Part shown: positions 39,272 to 50,000 of the stretch, piece by piece
How positions within the stretch are numbered: position 1 is the stretch's first letter
How the letters are laid out: each line of letters starts with the position of its first letter
NCBI RefSeq assembly: GCF_009914755.1
Contig: NC_060935.1
Reading direction: 5' to 3' (one strand)
DNA length: 64,000 nt
Source: the human T2T-CHM13v2.0 reference genome, Homo sapiens
Program-made: the position numbers and the translations under genes
Notes under the pieces: model-generated
Seen by the model: the letters and a program-made list of their open reading frames with translations, nothing else
What the model was told of the DNA's origin: nothing
The model's database searches: none

Positions 39272-41065
39272 CTAAAACCATTGCCAGCAGGCTTCTGCTC
39301 CAGGCGGCTTCAGACACGCTCAACTGGGGACCAAATACCGAGTGTCCGAGGGGGATCCGTGCTGTCTGGGGGGCCTCTGACCACTCCGGAAGGGTGGCTC
39401 TCTCCTGCTCCTTGATTCCTACCATGGTAGAAAAGGCCAGGAGAAGCCTCTCCCATTAGACTCCCAGCGGCCTCTCTCCACAGGACCATTTGGCTATCAG
39501 GTGCTTAGCAGCTATTTGGGAAATGCATGAATAAATAAAACAGAACCTTAAAGTTTATCAGACAGAAGGAGGAAGCCGAGCCCAATGTGTAGACTTGTTC
39601 AAAGTCCTAATGAAAGCTGAGACAGACCTCCTTTCCTGCGTTACCATCCTCAGGGGAAGCAGATCTAGTTAAGAAACATTAATATATAGTGCTGGTCAGG
39701 CACCGGGCAAAAACTAACAAACCCTAACTCATCTAACCATTATGGCAACCTTATGAGGCGTCAATGTCATTCTGGTGTAATCCACAAGAGGGTGGAAGTG
39801 CAGAGAAGAAATTCCCCCACAGTTATACAGCAAGTCAGGGGTAGAGCTGGTGTTTGAACCCAGGAAGCAGGGGGCTGAGAATGGAGGTGCATAAGCCCTT
39901 TGATCTGCCACCTCTCAATGGCGGGAGGGAAGGAGCCCGTTAGAGGCAAGGTCCTGCCCCTGCCTCTGGTGGCCTCCCCCGGATTTGGAGCCGCTCAGCA
40001 GGCAGGTCTCACAGTGGTGCCCTGCAACTGAGTACACTTGCCCCGGACAGCCAGACGGTGGCCTGGCCAGGACGCTTCTGCCACAGCTGAGGGCCGCTAC
40101 TCTTTCCTGCCCTGCCGGAGCCCCTTCTCGCACGAGGGAAGTGGAGCCCGAGGAGGAAGGAACGCGCAAGTTAGCACTTTCCGGGCTGTGCCAAACTGTG
40201 CCCCTGAGCAGCAGTGAGACTTAGGGTCTGTCAAGCCCAGCTGTCCCCAGCGGCCAGTCCCTGGGCCAGGAAAGGACAGGCCAGGAAGAGTCAGTGCCCA
40301 TCCTGACGGGCCTGAGGTGCTGGGTGCTCAGGGAGGCCATGAAGGACCCAGGTCCCACACAGAAGGCCGTCAGGGCTGTCTTCCCAGATTTGGTTCAGGC
40401 CTTGTTTAAGGTCATATGGGGATTTAAGTGTCAGAGCAACAGCTAGACGCCAGCTGAGGCTTCCCCACACGCCCCAGGAAACCTCCTCCTCCGTGGCCAC
40501 CTGGCCCTGAGCCGCTTGCTGAGACCCTCCCTGCCCAGCACCCTCCCCTTTCTGCATCTGGCTCAAAACCCACCTCTGTCAGCAAGTGCCCCTCTTGGTT
40601 TCCAGGCCTGAGTCAGTTCCTGTGACAGGAAGCCTTTGGAGAGTGTGACTTGAACTTGGCGGGCTCTCACCCCAAATCCAGCCTAGGAAGGCTGACCAGA
40701 GGGGCCTGCTCCTTCCCCAGCCAGATGGACGCCGTCTGCCTCCCGCCCAAGTTCAGACGGTCTAGCAAGATGCATTGAACTCAGGGCGGGTGTGTGCCAG
40801 GAGGCCGAGGAGGAACGCTCAGCTCTCCAGCTTCTATCTGCTGCCTTTCTGCCACTCAAGCTATCTTTCTTTGGGGTTAAAGCAGGGTCCTCCTTTAAGT
40901 TGCAAATTTTCTTAGAGAGGAGGCCGACAGGAAGAGGGGCTGGGTACTCTGGAAGGCTGAGGTGGCAGGAGAGGGAAGAGTAGGGTCCAGCTGACCCCAC
41001 AAAGGCAGGCCAATCAGAGCCACCCAGCATTGCACACGCCCGGGCACGCACACCAGCACACTCAC

Positions 41066-41090
41066 CACCGTCCATCGACAACCCAGTCAT
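41066..41090 (-). CDS. FXYD2: FXYD2 exon 1a (gamma-a, MTGLSMDG+1 nt)
   Basis: ATG ACT GGG TTG TCG ATG GAC GGT G|gtgagt; joined CDS 25+39+75+37+25=201 nt = 66 aa plus stop. Confidence 0.96.
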
Positions 41091-41194
41091 TTCCCCAGGT
41101 GAATGGGCTGCCTCCACTCCCCTCTTCCTGCTGTCTCTGCTTTTTGGAGAGTGTCTGGCTGCCTCCACGGGGTGGCCGGGGACGAGGTGCGGGC

Positions 41195-41227
41195 ATTAAA
41201 CATTAACAGTGCCAGGTAATATTTACC
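41195..41227 (-). promoter_or_regulatory. FXYD2: Two HNF1-type sites in the FXYD2a proximal promoter
   Basis: GTTAATGTTTAAT (41195-41207) and GGTAAATATTACC (41215-41227) resemble GTTAATNATTAAC; HNF1B is a known FXYD2a regulator. Confidence 0.8.
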
Positions 41228-41340
41228 CTGGTCACAAGAAAAGCTGCAGTGTGGATGGAGGGGCTCCTTCTGCAGGGTGAGGACGTGCGTGGGGAGGCAG
41301 GGGCAGGGAGGAGCTGGCTGAGTTTCCAAACCTTCCCAAA

Positions 41341-41351
41341 GGAAATTTCCA
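41341..41351 (-). promoter_or_regulatory. TonE/NF-kB-like motif TGGAAATTTCC upstream of exon 1a
   Basis: Fits TGGAAANNYNY; motif match only. Confidence 0.3.
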
Positions 41352-42339
41352 AAGAGAAGGGTTGGGATGGGTCAGCAGTCGTGCTGTTCTGCCAGCTGGG
41401 GAAGCTACAGCTGGGGCGGTGGGAACAGGAAAGTGGAAGTTGCACAATCTCTTCAGTGTACACTGTACTTGGGAGTTTCTGGGGGCAGTGGCCCACAGTG
41501 GCCCCCAGCCCAGGCAGGGCCCACCGCACCAGCCACCATGGATGCCGCCACTGCAGCTGGTGTTCCTTATGTGGTACTGGAGGCTTTCCTGCAGTGGTCC
41601 CTAGGAGCCTGGCCCACTGCTCCCCCACCACATCCCTGGAGCACCGCCAAAGCTGACCAGCAGTAGATCCTCCAGAAGGGCCCTTCATCTGTCATCCTAT
41701 TCACCCATCAACGTGCACCCTGCAGGTTACACCTCATTCAGAAGGGCTTCAGTCATCCCCAACTAATTTCTCCTTCCCTGCCGCCCTGGCACTTCCTCCT
41801 ACCACCATTTGGCCTGGCTCTCGGATTGTGTCCTTGCCAGTTTACCATGGAGCATGCAGGATCCTTAAGGACAGGGCAAGACTTTCATCGTGGGGAAAAC
41901 CCCCTGCGTTTATGGTTTACCAAGCACTTTCCTCACTGTTTTTTCTCCTCAAGCTTTATGTTTCCCATTTTACTGATGAGGCAGGTGTCTAAGGCACAGA
42001 GAGGTAGGGGCCTTGCCCAGGGTCACACAGCCAGTGTGGGGGAAGTGGAGACTGACAATCAGGCCTCCTGCTGCAGGAGGCAGATGCTTTCCACACCTCG
42101 CAGGCAGCCTCCCCACTCCGCTGTGACCTCCTTCGCCCCAGGACTCCTGTGCCGGGTAGTCACAGGTACTGTAGAATCCTCGTTGAGTTCTAGTCCATTG
42201 AATTGGCCTCCAGAAAAGGCTGAAGCCCAATGGCCACAAAACAGCCAAGGTCAGTGGCCAGCGGACAGCAGGGGAGCTTGAGCCCTTCTGAAGGGAGCCA
42301 CTGTATCCATGAATCCTCCCCAAGCAGGGGCAGGGCTTG

Positions 42340-42525
42340 GCACTTGAGTTCACACCCTGGCCCTCTCACTTGCTAATGGTGTGGTCTCAGTCAATGACTT
42401 CACCTCTCTGTGCCTCAGTCTCCTCATCTGTAAAATGGGCACAGTACCCAGCTCCTAGGGTGGTGGTGAGGGGAAGTGAGATAATGCATGCAAAGAGCAT
42501 ATCCCAGGGCCTGGCACACGGTGAG
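42340..42525 (+). mobile_element. MIR SINE
   Basis: cacctctctgtgcctcagtctcctcatctgtaaaatggg. Confidence 0.75.
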
Positions 42526-43166
42526 TGGCATCATTTTTACTGTTATATGTGTGTTGATTGAAGAAATGACAAGCATTAGCCTTTGGCAAATGTTTGCTGT
42601 TGGACATGGAAAAGCCAGCCACCCTCCAATGAAAATGGGCACGAATGAGTGAGACGGAGAGAATGGCATGGCCCTGCAGATCAGGCGCTGCAATACCCGT
42701 TCAGCTCCCTTCTGCTTCTGGAGCCAAGAAATATATATTCGTGCAAACATCACAGCAGAGCCAGCGTTTGGTGAAGATGGACCACGTGCCAGGCTCTTGG
42801 AATGCACTGCATCACTTAATTCCTACTAATGGCGTTTTACAGATAAAGAAACTTGAGGCTGCTCATTTGCTTTCCACAATAGCCCCTGGACGTGGCCAGG
42901 GCACTGGGTACACCAGAAAAAACGAGGGCAGGAAGGTGAAGGGACTTGCCTGAAACACACAGTTAATGGCAAACTGGAGGTAGAAAGCCCAGATCCTCCA
43001 AGATGTGCTACCAAAGCTACTGCCATCTCCACACAAGACAAGGGTGCTCCCTTTATTATACAGGATTGTGTTATCTTATTGCATTTGGTCTGTATTTGTA
43101 AGCCTCCATGGAGTCTTTCGGGAATAATAAGAGATGTAAAAATAAGTGGGAAGTTAAATAAATTCA

Positions 43167-43237
<71 letters not shown>

Positions 43238-43254
43238 GTCTATCTATCTATCTA
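43167..43254 (+). repeat. Compound microsatellite (TCTG)8(TCTA)9TCTG(TCTA)4
   Basis: Read directly. Confidence 0.97.
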
Positions 43255-43464
43255 TCCATTGACAACCCAGTCATTTCCCCACCCAAATGGACTGTCTCCA
43301 CTTGCCTCTTCCTGCTGTCTTTGCTCCTTGGTGGGGTGGCTGGGGATGAGGTGGGGGCATTAAACATTAACAGTGCCAGGTAATATTTACCCTGGTCACA
43401 AACAAAGCTGCAGTGTGGATGGAAGGGCTCCCACTGCGGGGGGGAGGAGGTGCATGGGGAGGCA
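43255..43464 (-). pseudogene. Duplicated FXYD2a promoter and pseudo-exon 1a
   Basis: Aligns to 41071-41299 with a ~21-nt deletion; 47-bp identical core; encodes MTGLSMDR* (43248-43274); no splice donor. Confidence 0.92.
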
Positions 43465-43469
43465 CCAAC

Positions 43470-43497
43470 AGATGGATGGATAGATAGATAAATAGAG

Positions 43498-43546
<49 letters not shown>

Positions 43547-43578
43547 TGGATGATAGATCGATCAATAGATAGATGAAT
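43470..43578 (+). repeat. (TAGA)n/(GATG)n microsatellite
   Basis: Read directly; reverse complement of the left (TCTA)n array. Confidence 0.97.
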
Positions 43579-43590
43579 AGGAAGCAATAG

Positions 43591-43996
<406 letters not shown>

Positions 43997-44402
43997 TAAA
44001 GAAGGCATTATTATCACCCCATTTCATAGAGGAAGAAACTGAGGCCCAGATAAGTTAAATAACTTGCCAGAGGTCAGATGGCCAGAGGGTAGGGGAACCA
44101 AGATTTCAAGCCAGCAGCCTGGCTTCTGAGTTCCTGCATCTCTAAGGGACGGATGGACAGACAAGTAAATGAGGCAGTTGGACAGCTGCCTTCCCAGCCC
44201 TCGCAGCTCAGATATGCTCTGCACACACGTTACAGCAGGCCAGTGACTCCGTATGGAGATGCTCTTTTTTGGAAATTCTGCCTCTCTTCCTTTCTGCTTT
44301 TCCTGCACTTCTGGGGAGCTTGTGGGTGCACTTGAAAGGGACGGGGCTGGCACCTGTGTTAGAGCCTGAGCAGGGAGGAGGAATGGGGCTCAGAGGACTC
44401 AC

Positions 44403-44421
44403 CCAGGTACCACCTGTCCAT
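44403..44421 (-). CDS. FXYD2: FXYD2 exon 1b (gamma-b, MDRWYL+1 nt)
   Basis: GCC ATG GAC AGG TGG TAC CTG G|gtgagt; strong Kozak context; gives a 64-aa isoform. Confidence 0.96.
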
Positions 44422-45170
44422 GGCAGGAGCTGCTGGTTGTGTCCAGGAGTGCAGGAGAGCAGGGAGGTGCTGCTTGCCTGGGGCCTGGATGGAGAGTGGC
44501 ACTCCCCCTCTTCACACTTCAGGTGAGCCCACAAACAGGAAGAGACACAGGGAGGGAGGAGGGGCTGGCAAAGGAGCCCTTACCTCGTGCCCACTTGCTG
44601 GGGCGGGTTGGGGCAAGGGATGCACGTGAAAGCCAGGGGAGATTTTCTGACCTCCACCTGGCACTTGAGGATGGGCAAGCTGTCAGATGCAGCAGAGCCA
44701 ACCACAGCCCCCGCCCTGGCCCTCTCCCTCGAGGGGCTCCACACTGCAGCCAGCCCAGGGTGCCCGAAAAGGGTACAGGAGCCGGGAGGAATCAAGGAGC
44801 CCACTCTTCCCCAGGCCCCTGGGCTGGTGGCATGTGAGGGAGACCTTTAGGGGCATGTGTGGGTCCCCTGAGCTTTACTCCGCTGCACCTCTGCCCTCCA
44901 GTCCAGCTGGGCCGTTGGCCGGAGGTATCCTGCCCAAGACCCCGGTCTGTAGCTAGGCATCCCCTGAGACTGGGAGGCACAGCTGCAGCCTCTCAGAGGG
45001 GTGGGAATGGTTTCCAGGACCCTGTCGTGGCACCTGAGGCACCGGCCCCAGCTTCCTGTGTCGTTCTGGCAGTTGGCAGAGAGATGGGGAGCAGCTGCGG
45101 GGCTGGGAGCCGGAGCTGTGATGGGGGCCGCTCCTGTGGCCTGCCCTTTCCTCAGCTGGGACCCCTCACT

Positions 45171-45208
45171 CAGCCCGCAGTGACTCACCCAGCCCACAGT
45201 GACTCACC
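45171..45208. promoter_or_regulatory. Tandem AP-1 sites in a 19-bp direct repeat upstream of exon 1b
   Basis: TGACTCA at 45181-45187 and 45200-45206. Confidence 0.5.
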
Positions 45209-46322
45209 CAGGCTGTGATGTCAGGCCTGCCTGCCACACCTCAGAGGGCTCAGCTGGAGACACCAGCAGCCTAATGAGTCCTCTGGGGGCTGCTGGTTGG
45301 TATCAGAGGGGAATGGCCAGAAGACAACACTGCTAGGCCCAGGGCATGGTCAGAGCCAGAAGCCAGCAGGGAGCCACAGGGAGCCCCACCAGGCGGGGCA
45401 GGCCACTAGGCAGGGTGTCCTACCATGCAGGGCAGCCCACTACACTGCCCAGGCAGTCTCTGTTCCTCGGCCACCAAGGCCTTGCCCACAGCAAAGCCAC
45501 AGTGAGCAGTCTCTGTGTGGCTGACTTGGGACCACAGGGTCTCCGTCAGGTTCCTGTAGCCGCCCTGGCACGGCCACCCCAACGTGGACACTGAGAAGCA
45601 GAGTTAGGAGGGGCTGGCTCTGGCCCCAGCCTCTGACCCGGGCTCTGGTCACTCTGACTCCCGCCTCTCTGTCCCTCCTTTGCAACACTCCCTGTCCTGA
45701 GGGGAGGACTCATGACGTCCCAGGGAGCCCTCTCAGGGCTGAAATAGAGACCAGGAGGTCTAAGAGGTGCTATTTGTTATCAGGATGGGCTGAGATCGGC
45801 GCTGGGGCCCCTGAGCACAGCCCTGACTCCAGGCTCTCTGCACCTTTCCCTCCAGACCACCCTGGAGGCAGGGCCAGACCTGTCCTGGGGTGGATAACAG
45901 CTCGGCTGGCAGGCGGGCCTGTCCCATGCTCCCAAGTGGAAACCTGCCCACTCAGCCCAGAGCGGCTGAGTGGAAATTCCCCAAGCTGGGGTTAGAGAAG
46001 TTTACAAACCTCGGGACTGGGTGAGACTTAGAGGTACCTGGTCCAAACATATTCTAAGTGGTCCAGAAAAGTGGAGCTCTCAGCCAAATCCCCCCCACCC
46101 ACACCGCCAGTATACACACTCTGTTCCCTGCCCGCCACCAGTGTTGTGAAGGAAGGCATCTCTATCTCAGAGCCCGGTGTGATTGATGGTCCAACCAGAA
46201 AGGACACCAAAGCCATCCCATCCAAACCCCTCCCTTTAAAAGTTGCTCCCTCTCCTGCTCAAAATCCTCAGAGAGGGCTCGGATGATACGCAAAATCTTT
46301 GTGTGTCCAAAAAAGAAGCCCC

Positions 46323-46616
<294 letters not shown>

Positions 46617-46719
46617 AAGAAGCCCTTCTCATTCTGGCTCTAGGCACCTGTGAGCTGGTCCCCCACCTCCCCGCCCTGCTTTCTGCTCCAGCCATGCTGG
46701 CCTTCTTGACACCCCTCAC

Positions 46720-47045
46720 CCTCCAGGACCTCCGCACCGGCTGTTCCCGCTTCCTAAATGCTCAGCCTCCACAGGGCTTCCTGCTCGGTACACGCTGCCT
46801 TCAGGGCTTTCTTCAAAGCCCTGATTCTGGACATCCCTGTATAAAATGTTCACACCCACTGCCTCAGCCTGGCTTTTCCTCTGTGGCACTTGTTCTTAAC
46901 TAAGGTATGTATTTCCCTTATCTTGTTTGTCCCTCTCCCAACTAAAATGTAAGCACCAGGAGAGCAAGGATTTTTGTTTGTTTGTTCATTCCCCCATGCC
47001 TGGAACAGTGCATCGTGGGACCCAGTTTTATTAAATGAATGAATC
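46720..47045 (+). mobile_element. L2 3' end fragment
   Basis: aatgtaagcaccaggagagcaagga...cctggaacagtgc...ttaaatgaatgaat. Confidence 0.65.
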
Positions 47046-50000
47046 AGTCCCAGGCAAAAATCAGGCAAAGATGGGGACAGGATAGAGGGGAAATCACTTC
47101 TCCCATGCTGCAGGCAGACCTAGGACTTGCCTCAGGCAGCCTCCTTCCATGCTGTCGCCTGCCCTGTGAGGAGTCACAAGACCCGATTTGCCCTCACAGA
47201 GGCAGCAACCCTCACCTTGCTGACAGCTCCCCCAGAGTCCCTCTCGGGGTTCTCTCTCCCTCCTCTTGCACCCCATCCCCCCACTCCCCTAACCTCCCCT
47301 TCCTTCTCCAGCCCAGCAGCAATTTTCAGAAATTGTCCTGTTTGTTCTTTGGGGGAAGCCCAGGCATTTGTTAAGTCAAGCAGGTCCCACCCCTCTCGCT
47401 TCACTCATGTTTAAGTCCTTCTCAGACTTCCTTCCTGTCCTCCCCCAGCTAGCTCAGGTCATGGGTCCTAGCTAGCACTGGGGACAGGGAACCCCTCTCT
47501 GAGACACCTGCTCTCCTGCAGAGAGGTTGCGGCCCTTCCACCTGTGGCCCATGTTCCTGAGAGCAGCTCAGTTCAGGAGGGTCTCTCCTCCTAGACACCA
47601 CGCAAGGCACCCTGAGGGCCAGACACACCCATGCATAAATCCCCTTTCATCCTGAGACTTTGCTGAGGACTGCCTGACCCTGGGCAAGGGCACCCCTCTG
47701 GGTCTCCTCCCACCTGTAAAATAGGGTAATAACACCTACCTTGCAGTATTGTTGTGGGAACAGAGGCAAGGTAGGTCAAGCGTTTGGCCAGAGAAGGTCC
47801 TAAAAACTGATGGCTGTGTTTTCCTTACTCCGAACTGAGCCCCCCAGGAGACAAGAACACTCACAGCAATCCCTTCCCTTGGCTCAGTCCCCAGTTGCGG
47901 TGATCTCTAAAGCAGGCCTCTGGGAGCACCCTGCCCTGGTATGATCCTGCTGGCCACAACTCACCCTGCATCTCCAGCCTCCCTTTCTTCTCCACACAAA
48001 ACCAAGAAACCTCCTTTGTCTAATGGTTCCAGGATGGAGACAAAGGAGCATCCAGCTGTGCTCTCCTGTTCTCTGCAAGACCCAGAGCTCTGGGAGATGT
48101 TGGGAGGTAGAGAGAGGCAGTGCCCACTCCTGGATGCGTCAGCACTGTCACAGCTGATGGGACCGTGCCCTCAGTGGCGAGGCCTCCATCTCCCCTGTCT
48201 CCCCTAGGCAGGCCTCCCTTTTGTCTCCTGACTCCTAAGTCTCAGGGCAGTCATTTGGGGTGGTCGTTGCTGGGTTGGTGGGGCAGGGAGGAAATAGGCT
48301 GGAATCCAGCTGACCTCTGTTTTCCTGGTGATCAAAGGCAGAGGCCCTCACCACCAGCTTCCCAGAATGGGGTTCTCCAGCTCCGCCAGCTCTGGCCTTT
48401 GTGGGAGTTTACAGCCTTGAACTCCAGGTCCCCAGATCAGTTCCTCCTGGTGTTGGCTTGCAGCTGGAAAGGGGCTCCAATGAAGCAGAAGCCAGAAGCA
48501 CCTAGAAAGCCATGACCCCAGGCCCAAGTCAGTCCTCAGCTGCATAACCCGTATGGCCACTGGGCAGGGAAAGTGGCAGTTCCCAAGCCCCATTTGTCCC
48601 ACTCAGAGGTCCTGAATCCTGAGGAACGCTGGCTCCTGCCTCCTGCTATGGTTGCAGGTGCCAGGTCCCTGGGGTCTTATAAGGCAGGGCTGGAAGGAGG
48701 TGGGCCCCAGAGGGTCCATTCCTTAAGTGTTGGCTTCAAGAAGGCCTGAGCCATGGTGCACAGAGGTTCTGAGAACTGCCAAAGGGCAATGTACTCTGAG
48801 AGTCAAGGTCACCAGCTGGTGACAAGGGCAAACCCATTTGACCCACCTCCCCCACAGTGAATGCCTTGGAGAGAAATGCATTCTTGACTGTTCTCAGAAC
48901 TCACATCCAGGCTTGAACCACAACAGAGCCCATTCCTCTCCAGCTTTTCTTGGTTTTCTCCTCCCAGTAACCAAACTCCCTCTCACCTCTGGGAGAGGCT
49001 CGCCACCTCCGGGAAGACCTCGCGGAGCAAGCCCACCCCTGGTTACTCTTACCTTCCCTCCACCACCTTCCGGATGCCACTGACATGGCTTGAATGGCCA
49101 GCATGTGGCCGTGTCACCATTCTCTTCATTTATAGCACAGATTGCCAAGTCCCTGGCCTCCTTGAGGCCTCAGGTCGGGTAAGCTGTTAAACGTTTGTAC
49201 CTGCACTGAGCCTGGTGCCCACTCTCCACACTTGGCAGCAATTCCACCCTATTCCAGGGTCTCAGTGGTTCCAAAGAGCTGCTTAGAGCCTCCCAACAAT
49301 TCAGCCAGGCAGGCTGTGAGATGCCCATTTTACAGAGGACACTGCAGGTGGTCTGCAAACAGGTCAGAACATGAACCCAAGTCTAACAGAGACAAGAGGA
49401 ACCCGGCCATCAGAGAATGAGGAGACAAGGAAATGGATAGTGATGCCAACATTTATAGCATAATGGCTACATGGAGAATTGTCACGGTGCTTCGATGTCC
49501 ATTGTATCACTTTGACCCTGTGAGATAACAGAAAACATCTTGATGCATTTATTTTATAGGTGATGAAACTGAGGCTTAAGTGGCTTTTCCAGGGTTACAC
49601 AGTGAGCAGGAGGCCCAGCTTACCCCAAAGCTAGGAAGGACTTGATTATTCAGAAAAGGAAACTGACAGAGAGGCTGGGGTCTTTCCAAGCTCACACTGT
49701 TAGAGCAGAAGGGACCTCGGGGATGTTCTGAGCCTCAGGCTCTACCAGACTGCCTCCAAGCCCAGCTCAGAGGTAGGAAACCGTTCTTCTGGATAGTGCA
49801 GGGGGGCCCACCCCCTCCAGTCCCTGCCATCCAGGTCCTTCAGGACATGCGATCACAGCATCACCTGCTCTGCCATCATTGCCTTGGCAGGTGCCCCACT
49901 GTTGTGCAACCAGGCCCGGGGCTGGGCTGGCCCCATCAGATCAACAGCTGGTTGGCTTGAGCCGGCTGAGTCTGCCCCCCTGGAGCTCAGCTGTGACAGC

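Noticed and set aside
43248-43565. 105-aa ORF ending in MTGLSMDR as a third FXYD2 coding exon
   Set aside because: Mostly microsatellite translation; stop follows directly and no donor links it to the 39-nt exon
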